DNA of 64,000 nucleotides from Candidatus Saccharimonadales bacterium (GCA_046350615.1 JAXMAA010000002.1:213204-277203); one strand, 5' to 3'. Positions 30,472-39,530 are shown, counted from the first letter of the stretch. Notes: generated from the sequence alone by a model not told the origin. Program-made: numbers and translations.

Positions 30472-31221
30472 ATGCAAATTGTTGTTAACGATCTTCTTAC
30501 GCAGTACGAAAAGCAGGGTAGTGGGCCGGTTGCACTCTTTCTGCACGGCTGGGGAGATACTACTGCTACCTTTAATTCACTGGTTAACGAACTAAAAGCA
30601 GATTTTACCTGTATCTCGCTTGATCTGCCAGGATTTGGCGGCAGCCAGGTTCCACCTAGTAGTTGGGGACTACCAGATTACGCCGAATTTACACAGAATT
30701 TTGTTGAAAAGTTAGACTTAAAACCTAAAGTTACTTTCGGTCATTCTAACGGCGGCGGCATTTTAATATACGCTCTTGCTCACCAACTGGTAAATCCAGA
30801 AAAACTTATTCTACTGGCTTCAGCTGGCATCAGAAGCGAAGATTCACTAAAAAAAGTTTTGTATAAAGTTATCGCTAAAATTGGCAAGCAGTTCACCAAA
30901 TTATTACCGCGAAAAACTCAGCAAAAATTACGCACCAAACTGTACCAAACCGCCGGTTCCGACATTTTAATTTCCCCCGAACTTGAAGAAACCTTTAAAA
31001 AAGTGGTTGGTTATGATGTGCAAAATGAGGCTAAGCAAATAAATCAACCAACGCTGCTTATCTATGCTAAAGATGATGCCGCTACACCGGTACGATATGG
31101 TGAAACATTTAAAGATCTCATTAAGAATTCTCAACTCCATGTTTTACCTGATGGCGGGCATTTCGTACACCAGAGTAAACCGACAGAAGTTATAAAATTA
31201 ATGCGAGATTTTCTGCAATGA
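30472..31221 (+). CDS. Alpha/beta-fold hydrolase
   Basis: HGWGD oxyanion region, nucleophile elbow GHSNGG, C-terminal DGGHF. The start was moved to MQIVVN to clear tRNA-Ala. Confidence 0.8.
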   Translation: MQIVVNDLLTQYEKQGSGPVALFLHGWGDTTATFNSLVNELKADFTCISLDLPGFGGSQVPPSSWGLPDYAEFTQNFVEKLDLKPKVTFGHSNGGGILIYALAHQLVNPEKLILLASAGIRSEDSLKKVLYKVIAKIGKQFTKLLPRKTQQKLRTKLYQTAGSDILISPELEETFKKVVGYDVQNEAKQINQPTLLIYAKDDAATPVRYGETFKDLIKNSQLHVLPDGGHFVHQSKPTEVIKLMRDFLQ

Positions 31222-32642
31222 TTAACTTACTAAGCTGGTACCATCCTAAATTACCAATCTACTTAGTGTACATGTTGCAGCAGGTTAATTACCGTGCACC
31301 AAAATTTATAGAGTGGCTCAGTCGTAACCCAAATCTACGCCGGGTAATGCACCGTAAAACACTCGATATGACTAAAGCGGCCCGACTACTACTAGTTTTC
31401 AGCTACGCTACTGTATTGATATCACTTGTAATTGCGCTGCTACTGATAGTTTTAAGTAGCAACCTCGTGCTACAAGGTCTTGGTGTGGTGTTGTTAATTT
31501 TAACACCGTATGTCGGTGGTTTTTTACTAACGGCCGCGGTATACACGGGTCATATTTTCATCGCTGCACCGAAAGAAAAGCAAATGATGACGGAGAGCGA
31601 ACGGATTTTTTCAGTTCACCCGGCCGTAAAGATTGGCGTGGCCGGCAGTTATGGCAAAACTACCTTTAAAGAAATTATTAACACGGTCCTGAGCGAAAAG
31701 TTCAAAACCGCCGTCACGCCCGGTAATATGAACACGCCCATCGCCCACGCCCGCTTTGCTAGCAAGCTTGATGGCGACGAAGAAGTTTTAATCTTAGAAT
31801 ACGGCGAAGAATATCCTGGCGATACCAAGCGTTTTATAGCTACGACTAAACCTGATCACGCGGTACTATTAGGATTAGCACCCAATCATCTGGATTATTA
31901 CAAAACACTCGATGCTCTAGCGGCCGATCTGCTTGAGCTACGAAGTCTCGGTTCTGAAAAACTGCTTATTAACGGCGAATCAGCACTACTCGCTAAATAT
32001 CTAGATAAAAACGATATCGTTGTTACCAGCAAACAAGCAGGTGATTGGCGTATTTCTGATATATCTGTTGAGCTTACTGGCACCTCTTTCGTCATGACTA
32101 GCAAATCGCAGAAGCTATTTTTAAAAAGCGGTTTGCTGGGTCGTCACCACGTGACGCCACTGGCAATGGCAGCTTTATTAGCCCACCAATTAGGGCTTAG
32201 CAAAAAGCAAATTGAAGACGGCGTAGCTAAAACTACTGCCTTTGAACACCGGATGCAGCCGCGTCATATAAGCGGAGCCACAATTTTAGACGATACCTAT
32301 AACGGTAATATCGAAGGCATCTTAGCGGGCCTAGAGCTTCTAAAAGAGCTGAACGCTAAGCGTAAAATTTATGTTACACCTGGTCTGGTTGACCAAGGGG
32401 AAGAGACCGAAGCCGTTCATCATCAAATTGCTAAGAAACTGTTCGATGTTAAGCCCGATCTTATTGTATTGATGCGAAATAGCGCCACGGCAATTATCGA
32501 AGATGCTCTAGCTAAACTCAATTACCAAGGAATGGTACAAATTGAAGAGGATCCACTAAATTTCTACACCAATATTGACAAGGTGATTGCGGCTGGCGAC
32601 CTTATTATGATGCAAAATGACTGGACCGATAATTACAATTAA
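31218..32642 (+). CDS. murF: Mur ligase family protein, MurF-like, with an N-terminal transmembrane region
   Basis: P-loop GVAGSYGKTT, DDTYNGN and a C-terminal TPGLVDQGEE..H. It sits upstream of ddl. The first ~115 aa carry hydrophobic helices instead of the usual N-domain. Confidence 0.7.
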   Translation: MINLLSWYHPKLPIYLVYMLQQVNYRAPKFIEWLSRNPNLRRVMHRKTLDMTKAARLLLVFSYATVLISLVIALLLIVLSSNLVLQGLGVVLLILTPYVGGFLLTAAVYTGHIFIAAPKEKQMMTESERIFSVHPAVKIGVAGSYGKTTFKEIINTVLSEKFKTAVTPGNMNTPIAHARFASKLDGDEEVLILEYGEEYPGDTKRFIATTKPDHAVLLGLAPNHLDYYKTLDALAADLLELRSLGSEKLLINGESALLAKYLDKNDIVVTSKQAGDWRISDISVELTGTSFVMTSKSQKLFLKSGLLGRHHVTPLAMAALLAHQLGLSKKQIEDGVAKTTAFEHRMQPRHISGATILDDTYNGNIEGILAGLELLKELNAKRKIYVTPGLVDQGEETEAVHHQIAKKLFDVKPDLIVLMRNSATAIIEDALAKLNYQGMVQIEEDPLNFYTNIDKVIAAGDLIMMQNDWTDNYN

Positions 32643-32690
32643 ACACAGTTAATTGTAGATAGTAATTATAATCATGCTAAAATAATAAGC

Positions 32691-33866
32691 ATGAAAACAA
32701 TCGCTGTTATCTTTGGGGGGCAATCAACCGAGCACGACGTGTCAATCGTCACCGCACTAGCTAGTGTTATTAAACCTTTAGAGTTAGCTGGTGGCTATCA
32801 AATAGAGCCAGTCTACATAGCAAAAGACGGTTCGTGGTATTGGGATCAAAAGCTTAAAGATATCAAACTGTTTCAAAGTGGTGAAATTGAAGAGTTCATG
32901 CAAAAGGCTCCCAAAATTCATCTGCTTTTTGATAATGGTCTTACCCTAGTAAAATCAAGTCAGTTCGCCGGACGTAAACAGTATAAAAAAATCGATATCG
33001 TCTTCCCGGCCATGCATGGCACACATGGTGAAGATGGCGAACTAATGGGCGTTTTAGAAATGGCGGGCGTGCCGTATGTAGGATGCGGCGTTGCAGCAAG
33101 TGCTGTTGCCATGGATAAGGTTTTGGCTAAGCAAGTTACGCAAAGTTTCGGATTGCCAAGTACGCCGTGGATGTGGTTGCGAGCAGAGGAGTTGCGGAGT
33201 CCAGCTGCAGCCCTTAAAAAGTGCGAAAGCTTAAAATATCCACTCTTTGTTAAACCTGCGAGACTCGGTTCTAGTATAGGTATCACGCGGGTAACAGAGA
33301 AAGCGCAGCTGATGAATGCGCTCGAAGTCGCGGCTCACTATGACGATAAAATTATTGTTGAACAAGGTGTTCAAAATCTAATTGAAGTGACGCTGCCAAT
33401 TATGGGCAATACCGAGCCAAAGCCAGCACTTTTAGAACAGCCACTCCTTAAAAGCGAAGATTTCTTTGATTTTGAGACTAAGTATATGCAGGGCGGTAAA
33501 AAAGGTGGTAAAAAAGGCGGCAAAAAAGGTGGTGGCAAAGCGGGTGCGCAAGGCTATAGCCAACTACCCGCTGATCTTCCCAAAGATCTTTATCAAAAGG
33601 CAGAAACTCTCGGGCTGGAGGTTTATAGAGCCGTTGGTTGCGAAGGTATTGCTCGGGTAGACATGCTTATAGATTCCAAAACCAAAGAGGTATTCTTTAA
33701 TGAGATTAATCCACTACCGGGCGGTCTGTACGAACATAATTGGCGAGCAGCAGGCGTATCAAGCGTCAATCTTGTGACCAATCTAGTTAATTATGCGCTA
33801 CAACGTGCCGCTCATAAGCAACAACGCACAACTGTATTCAATACCAACTACCTCAAACAGTTCTAG
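32691..33866 (+). CDS. ddl: D-alanine--D-alanine ligase
   Basis: FGGQSTEHDVS, HGTHGEDGELMGVLE, an ATP-grasp core and C-terminal EINPLPG. It contains a GGKKGGKKGGKKGGGK insert. Confidence 0.9.
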   Translation: MKTIAVIFGGQSTEHDVSIVTALASVIKPLELAGGYQIEPVYIAKDGSWYWDQKLKDIKLFQSGEIEEFMQKAPKIHLLFDNGLTLVKSSQFAGRKQYKKIDIVFPAMHGTHGEDGELMGVLEMAGVPYVGCGVAASAVAMDKVLAKQVTQSFGLPSTPWMWLRAEELRSPAAALKKCESLKYPLFVKPARLGSSIGITRVTEKAQLMNALEVAAHYDDKIIVEQGVQNLIEVTLPIMGNTEPKPALLEQPLLKSEDFFDFETKYMQGGKKGGKKGGKKGGGKAGAQGYSQLPADLPKDLYQKAETLGLEVYRAVGCEGIARVDMLIDSKTKEVFFNEINPLPGGLYEHNWRAAGVSSVNLVTNLVNYALQRAAHKQQRTTVFNTNYLKQF

Positions 33867-33871
33867 TTCGC

Positions 33872-34657
33872 ATGAGCACTCAAGCAATAAGTCCGGAAGA
33901 AAAAGAGCGGCTTGCAGGTATACGACTTTACAAAACTGCAGACTTGATTTCATATCGAGACGAGACCCAGTTTAGCAATGCTGATATGGAGGCTGAAATG
34001 GCTCGTGTGTACGAGGCCACCGCTATCGAACGAAAATGGTGCAAAGACCTAACACCGTTTGAAACTGATAGTGAAATCTTAGAGGCTGCCGAGAAGGGGC
34101 GGCTGGTGCGTGTGCAGCCAGATATCGGCATTATGCCAATCCAACGGCTGGTTGACTATACGCCGGAAAGAGCAAATCCGGAGCATAAATGGCACTACTC
34201 ACCACCCTTCCTTAAGCCGGAAGCGTGGCGGGCACTGCAATTCATAGGAGTCGCATTTAACAGAATACAAGTTGAAGATCGAGCAGAGCCTTTTCTGTTT
34301 TTGCCAGTAACCTCATTAACGCGCGGCAATGCGTATCAAAGCCGGCTGACCACTAAAAAAGGTAGAAAAGTCGCAATAGATACCAACAATACAGGTGATC
34401 GAAGCAGCCATGAATGTGGGCTAGCTTTTGATATTGATGGCGGCGGCTTGTATCGGTATGACCCAGTGCAGCGAGTGGTTACCTCTATAAATCCTCGCAC
34501 CAAAGCTTTTGATGCCGAAGCCGAGTTAGTAGCGCATGCACGCGAAGACTTACGGGGAATACTCGACTTTCTAAAAGATCGAGGGGATATCAATTACGTC
34601 GAAGAAGTGCCAGGTACAAAAGAATGGTGCTTCCATATCTGCGCCCGACCAGAGTAA
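33872..34657 (+). CDS. LAS-superfamily (M15, VanX/VanY-like) zinc D-Ala-D-Ala peptidase candidate
   Basis: SSHECGLAFDID matches SxHxxGxAxD, and the C-terminal EWCFH supplies the last His ligand. Confidence 0.6.
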   Translation: MSTQAISPEEKERLAGIRLYKTADLISYRDETQFSNADMEAEMARVYEATAIERKWCKDLTPFETDSEILEAAEKGRLVRVQPDIGIMPIQRLVDYTPERANPEHKWHYSPPFLKPEAWRALQFIGVAFNRIQVEDRAEPFLFLPVTSLTRGNAYQSRLTTKKGRKVAIDTNNTGDRSSHECGLAFDIDGGGLYRYDPVQRVVTSINPRTKAFDAEAELVAHAREDLRGILDFLKDRGDINYVEEVPGTKEWCFHICARPE

Positions 34658-34707
34658 AGGTAATATTCAGTCGAAGCAACTTGGGCAAAATATCAACAAA
34701 TAGACCC

Positions 34708-35139
34708 TCAGCTAGCTTGCGAAGCGTTGATGTTATTAAGCTGATTACCAACTCTCAGTAACTCACTAGCGAGTGTGGGTAAGTGCTTTGTCCGGATTCC
34801 TAAAAGAATCCCCATTTGCAAAAAATATGAGTGCCCAGCGTGCACACCTGTCGGCAGCTGATGATGGAATGCTTCGTCCATGATTTGGAATATCGGTTCT
34901 TGTAACGTCATGCCAACTTGGTTGATATGGTGTATCTTGGCCAACTGTCTCGCGCAGGTGCGGGCTGGAAAGCCTGCCGCAAGATCAGATGTGCGTATAA
35001 CAGAGTTCAAGTGCTTTGTCGTTGCAGCAATACGAAGCCCTTGGTGGCTTTCTGCAAGCTGAAGCGTAAATGCTTTATACGTAGTGGCCCGCTGCCAGTG
35101 ACTCCTGCTGAGTAGCTGTTGGATGGTAAGAACAGGCAA
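34708..35139 (-). CDS. Hypothetical ORF (possibly the 3' part of a frameshifted gene)
   Basis: 143-aa ORF overlapping the upstream ORF by 65 nt in another frame. No motif recognised. Confidence 0.3.
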   Translation of the reverse strand: MPVLTIQQLLSRSHWQRATTYKAFTLQLAESHQGLRIAATTKHLNSVIRTSDLAAGFPARTCARQLAKIHHINQVGMTLQEPIFQIMDEAFHHQLPTGVHAGHSYFLQMGILLGIRTKHLPTLASELLRVGNQLNNINASQAS

Positions 35140-35626
35140 TTGGGCTACTAGCTAGACTTTCCTGAGTGAAGAAGCTTCTAATTTCAGGATGTGTTTCTTC
35201 AATAAGGCCCGCTATCCTAATGATAAGTTCGGCTGATTTTTGATGAATATCGCGAAAACGAGTCTCTAGCACTGCAACTTCAGGCGGCACTGCCCCCCAT
35301 CCAAACTCATTATGACTCCGATTGACTGCAGCAAGCCAGCCACGTGTATAATGAAAATATTCTTTTGGATCATCAACAAGCACCAAGCCCTCAGCTCGTT
35401 GCAGAGCGCTAACTTGGAAACTCCGATTCGTGTAGCCGTCTGGCTTACCAATACCTGCGGTATTCGTACGATACTTATGCCATTCCAGCTGCTCGTCTCT
35501 CGATCGATCAAGTTCATCGAGCTGTTTGCATTCGCCAGTGGCACCATCAGCTTTCAAGATTACCGGGTAACATTGCCCGCATAGTGCTCGGGTCGGGGTC
35601 TGGATATGACTGTGTGAAACGAGCAT
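35075..35626 (-). CDS. Hypothetical ORF (possibly the 5' part of a frameshifted gene)
   Basis: 183-aa ORF. No motif recognised. Confidence 0.35.
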   Translation of the reverse strand: MLVSHSHIQTPTRALCGQCYPVILKADGATGECKQLDELDRSRDEQLEWHKYRTNTAGIGKPDGYTNRSFQVSALQRAEGLVLVDDPKEYFHYTRGWLAAVNRSHNEFGWGAVPPEVAVLETRFRDIHQKSAELIIRIAGLIEETHPEIRSFFTQESLASSPIACSYHPTATQQESLAAGHYV

Positions 35627-35878
35627 ATGCTTCTACTGCCATAACCAATCAGTCTTCAGAGATGTAATAGGGCATCTCGGCGTAGCCTTGTTCGTGATTT
35701 GCTGCACAAAACCGTCTCCCTCAAACGTTGTTTGCACGTGTTGTTGTGTCGTAGGCTGCGCCTCGGCCATATAATACCCTCCTGTTCACTTCTGTAACTC
35801 AATGCTAGCAGCGAAGTATTTGGTGTGCAAGTACTAGAGCTGTATTCTGTATAGTTTCCATCTGTTACAATAGAATTC

Positions 35879-38800
35879 ATGAAACGATATAATCCGAAAG
35901 AAATTGAGCCGAAGTGGCAGCAGACGTGGGAAAAGTCTGGTATCTACCGAGCAACCGAAGATTCTGATAAGCCAAAACGCTACGTTCTGGAATATTTTCC
36001 GTATCCAAGCGGTGCGGCCATGCACGTTGGTCATGTGCGCAATTACACTATTGGCGATGCGACTGCTCGCTTTCATCGCATGCAGGGTGAGAACGTGTTG
36101 CATCCAATGGGCTGGGATAGTTTTGGCTTACCCGCAGAGAATTATGCAATTAAAAATAACATCAGCCCGGCTCAGGCGATTGCTGAAAATACCGCAAAAT
36201 TCAAACAGCAGTTGACCCAAATGGGCTTCAGTTACGATTGGTCGAGAGAGATCGACAGCTCGTATCCCGAATATTATCGCTGGACACAATGGTTCTTCAA
36301 ACTTTTGTTCGACCGTGGTTTGGCGTACCAAAAAGATAGCCTCCAGTGGTGGTGCGAAACCGATAAAACCGTGCTCGCTAACGAACAGGTTGAGGCAGGT
36401 AAGTGCTGGCGCTGTGGTAATTCGGTAATAAAAAAGCCGCTCAAGCAGTGGTTCTTCAAGATCACCGATTACGCCGATCGCCTCGCAGATGATCTTGAAA
36501 AGCTCGATTGGTCAGATTCCATCAAAGCCATGCAGCGCAACTGGATCGGCAAAAGCAAAGGTGCCGAAATCAGCTTCCGTGTTTGTCATCCTGAGCCTGC
36601 CGAAGGATCTGGTAAAAATGCTCGCAGCTACATTATGGGTCAGAAAAATATCACCGAAGAAGACATAAGAGGAATCGGCGGCATAGTCGATAAGGTTACT
36701 GATTCTGGGTCTCTCTGTGCTACATTCCCAAAAAGTGCTACACAGCAATTTGAAGCTCTGATTACAGAAAAAATGGAGCCAGGTTTCTGGAATGAATATA
36801 TCGGCGATGAAATAGTGTTTATTTTTAAGCATAAAGATGGCCGTATTGAGCGGTTCATCCTCTCAGAGGAAACGAATGACGCTATTCGTAAGCTTGGCAA
36901 TGCGTTTAATAATCAAGAAGACGATCCGTGTGTGCGCGTGGAGGACTGGCTTAATAATAATGAATGGTATAAAGATTGCATCCTGAATCAAGTTCAGGAT
37001 GACGGTAAACCTATCATCAGGGTTTTCACAACTCGACCTGACACTCTGTTTGGGGCGACGTTTATGGTTTTGGCTCCAGAACATGAGTTAGTGCAGAAAA
37101 TTACTACTAAAGATCAAAAAGCAGCCGTTGAAACCTACATTAAGCAAGCACAGGCAAAATCCGATGTTGAGCGGCAAGAGACTGACCGTGAAAAGACAGG
37201 AGTTTTCACTGGAGCATATGCGATCAATCCAGTAAATGATGAAAAAATCCCTGTTTGGATTGCCGATTATGTGTTAACCGGCTACGGTACCGGCGCAATT
37301 ATGGCTGTGCCAGCACAGGATGAGCGCGACAACGAATTTGCCAAGAAATTTGATTTGCCAATAATTCAAGTGGTAGAACCGTTGTATATTCAAACTACTG
37401 AACCTGGCAAAGTCCGATCTGATCAGCCATTTGTGGAGCGTCAGGCCATTACGGCAATTGTTAAACATTGGTCGGAAGAAAAATATCTTGGTCTCAAATG
37501 GAAAAAGGTAGACTGGGATACATTCATAACCGGTGGAGTTGAAGAAGGTCAAACTCCGGAAGAAGCCGCTGCCAGGGAGATTAAAGAAGAGACAGGCTAC
37601 TTACATGCCAAGTTAGTGAAACGACTCTCCAATACGCACGCCCAATTCTTCCATGTGCCGAAAGACCAAAATCGTTTTGCGCATTTTAGCGATTTTTATT
37701 TTGAGCTTGAGGACGATATCCGAGAAGAAATGGCTGACGAAGAAAGGCAAACTCACGATATTGTGTGGTTGAGTAAGGAAGAGATGGAGAACTTTCGTCT
37801 TCCAGAATCGCATCGTTTTATTTGGAATGAATTACAAAACGGCAATCAGCTATTTGTGGGCGAGGGTGTTCTTGCAAATTCAGGAGATTACAGCGGTCTA
37901 AGTTCAAGCGAGGCTCGCGAGAAGATCGTGGCTGATCTTGCTGTAAAAGGTGTAGCGGAAGAAAAAGTTAATTACAAAATTCGCGATTGGTTGATTTCTC
38001 GGCAGCGCTACTGGGGTGCTCCAATTCCAATTATTCACTGCGAAGAAGACGGGCCTGTGGCGGTGCCGGAAGAACAGCTTCCGGTCAAGTTGCCTGAGCT
38101 GACCAACTTTCAGCCAACCGGCAACGGAAGTGCTTTAGCGGGTGCAACAGATTGGATTAACACGATCTGTCCAAAATGCGGCGGTCCGGCTCAGCGTGAA
38201 ACCGATACCATGGATGGCTTCGCCTGCTCTAGCTGGTACTTCCTAAGATTTGCCGATCCGCACAATAACGAAGCACCATTTAGCAAAGAAAAAGCCAAGT
38301 TCTGGTTGCCAGTAGATGACTACATTGGCGGGGCAGAACATGCAGTGATGCATCTTTTGTACGCGCGTATGTGGACCAAGGTACTGTTTGATGAAGGCCT
38401 GATTGAATTTGACGAGCCATTTAAGGCACTCAGAAACCACGGCATGATTCTAGCGCCAGATGGTCGCAAGATGAGTAAAAGTTGGGGTAATGTAATTTCT
38501 CCAGATGAAATTATTGAGCAGGGTTACGGGGCTGATGCAATTCGTTTGATGGAGCTTTTCATTGGGCCGTGGAACCAAGAGGCGGCCTGGAGCGTAGAGG
38601 GCATGGGCGGCTGTTTCAAGTTCTTACAGCGTGTCTGGACGTTGGCGCAGGAATTTATTGAATCAGAAGCAAGCAACGACCAATCATCAACGACTAACGA
38701 CCAGCTTATCCGTGTCACTCACCAAACCATCAAAAAAGTTTCCGAAGATCTGCACACTATGGGCTTTAACACCGCTATCGCCTCTTTGATGGCCATGACG

Positions 38801-39184
38801 AACGAGCTCTACAAAATTAAATCAGAGGATAGTTTTGCCGATGTTGAAAATTGGGGAATTGCACTAAAAACACTCACGCAGCTACTGGCTCCGTTTGCTC
38901 CGCATATTTCCGAGGAACTGTGGTCAGATCTTGGTGAAGACGGTTCGGTACACACCTCTGGCTGGCCAACTCCCAATGAAACATATCTGCAATCAGAAAC
39001 TATGAAGATAGCCGTGCAGGTTAACGGTAAGGTTAGAGCCACTATTGAGCTTGCAGCTGACGCCCCGGAGAATACTGTTACCGAGACTGCAAAGCAAAAT
39101 GAAAAAGTTGCCACATATCTCAGTGGCAGCCAGCTCAAAAAATCAATTTATATTCCAGGTAAGATAATCAATTTCGTAATCTAA
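35879..39184 (+). CDS. leuS: Leucyl-tRNA synthetase, unusually long (1101 aa) with two large insertions
   Basis: HVGHVRNY (HIGH), TTRPDTLFGATF editing domain, RQRYWGAPIPI and KMSKS are all present and in order. Confidence 0.95.
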   Translation: MKRYNPKEIEPKWQQTWEKSGIYRATEDSDKPKRYVLEYFPYPSGAAMHVGHVRNYTIGDATARFHRMQGENVLHPMGWDSFGLPAENYAIKNNISPAQAIAENTAKFKQQLTQMGFSYDWSREIDSSYPEYYRWTQWFFKLLFDRGLAYQKDSLQWWCETDKTVLANEQVEAGKCWRCGNSVIKKPLKQWFFKITDYADRLADDLEKLDWSDSIKAMQRNWIGKSKGAEISFRVCHPEPAEGSGKNARSYIMGQKNITEEDIRGIGGIVDKVTDSGSLCATFPKSATQQFEALITEKMEPGFWNEYIGDEIVFIFKHKDGRIERFILSEETNDAIRKLGNAFNNQEDDPCVRVEDWLNNNEWYKDCILNQVQDDGKPIIRVFTTRPDTLFGATFMVLAPEHELVQKITTKDQKAAVETYIKQAQAKSDVERQETDREKTGVFTGAYAINPVNDEKIPVWIADYVLTGYGTGAIMAVPAQDERDNEFAKKFDLPIIQVVEPLYIQTTEPGKVRSDQPFVERQAITAIVKHWSEEKYLGLKWKKVDWDTFITGGVEEGQTPEEAAAREIKEETGYLHAKLVKRLSNTHAQFFHVPKDQNRFAHFSDFYFELEDDIREEMADEERQTHDIVWLSKEEMENFRLPESHRFIWNELQNGNQLFVGEGVLANSGDYSGLSSSEAREKIVADLAVKGVAEEKVNYKIRDWLISRQRYWGAPIPIIHCEEDGPVAVPEEQLPVKLPELTNFQPTGNGSALAGATDWINTICPKCGGPAQRETDTMDGFACSSWYFLRFADPHNNEAPFSKEKAKFWLPVDDYIGGAEHAVMHLLYARMWTKVLFDEGLIEFDEPFKALRNHGMILAPDGRKMSKSWGNVISPDEIIEQGYGADAIRLMELFIGPWNQEAAWSVEGMGGCFKFLQRVWTLAQEFIESEASNDQSSTTNDQLIRVTHQTIKKVSEDLHTMGFNTAIASLMAMTNELYKIKSEDSFADVENWGIALKTLTQLLAPFAPHISEELWSDLGEDGSVHTSGWPTPNETYLQSETMKIAVQVNGKVRATIELAADAPENTVTETAKQNEKVATYLSGSQLKKSIYIPGKIINFVI
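36585..37003 (+). repeat. Inverted-repeat-bounded insertion inside leuS (in-frame, translated)
   Basis: GTCATCCTGA at 36585-36594 and TCAGGATGAC at 36994-37003. Both ends match the units of the 44536-44601 element. Confidence 0.6.
37382..37858 (+). other. Nudix-fold domain inserted within LeuS (aa ~502-660)
   Basis: Nudix box GGVEEGQTPEEAAAREIKEETGY at 37532-37600 (REUxEExGU intact, first Glu replaced by Gln). It is flanked by LeuRS blocks VPAQDERDNEFA and GVLANSGDYSGL. Confidence 0.75.
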
Positions 39185-39197
39185 TGCTGCACGGTGG

Positions 39198-39530
39198 TTA
39201 CTCGCCGGGGCTGGTATTTCTGGCTGGTGGTTCACCAATGAGTTCCGCAAATGTGCCGGTGAATGTTCCAATTGCCCCCAGAGACTTGGCGATAATGGCT
39301 CGAGCCGCTCTCCCCGCTTTAGTTGAAACGGGAGTTTCAGCGGCAGTCTGAGCAAGTTCACCAGGGAGAAGCAGTGCAAATCGTATGCTCCAATGAGCTA
39401 ACTCTTTGACAGACTGTGATAACGGAGGCTTCGATTGTTCCGGCCGTAATTGAATGACTTGGCAGGATGCGGCTTCTTCTGCCTGTTCTCGGGGATGCCC
39501 ATCGACACCGAACGGATTATGTGTATCCAT
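39198..39530 (-). CDS. Hypothetical protein (110 aa)
   Basis: ORF with TATAAT immediately upstream. Competing overlapping ORF at 39143-39379. No motif recognised. Confidence 0.35.
   Translation of the reverse strand: MDTHNPFGVDGHPREQAEEAASCQVIQLRPEQSKPPLSQSVKELAHWSIRFALLLPGELAQTAAETPVSTKAGRAARAIIAKSLGAIGTFTGTFAELIGEPPARNTSPGE

Noticed and set aside
36581-37010. An intein in LeuS.
   Set aside because: The insert lacks the N-terminal Cys/Ser splice-junction context with a C-terminal His-Asn plus nucleophile. It also shows no intein block motifs. Its ends are instead nucleotide-level inverted repeats.
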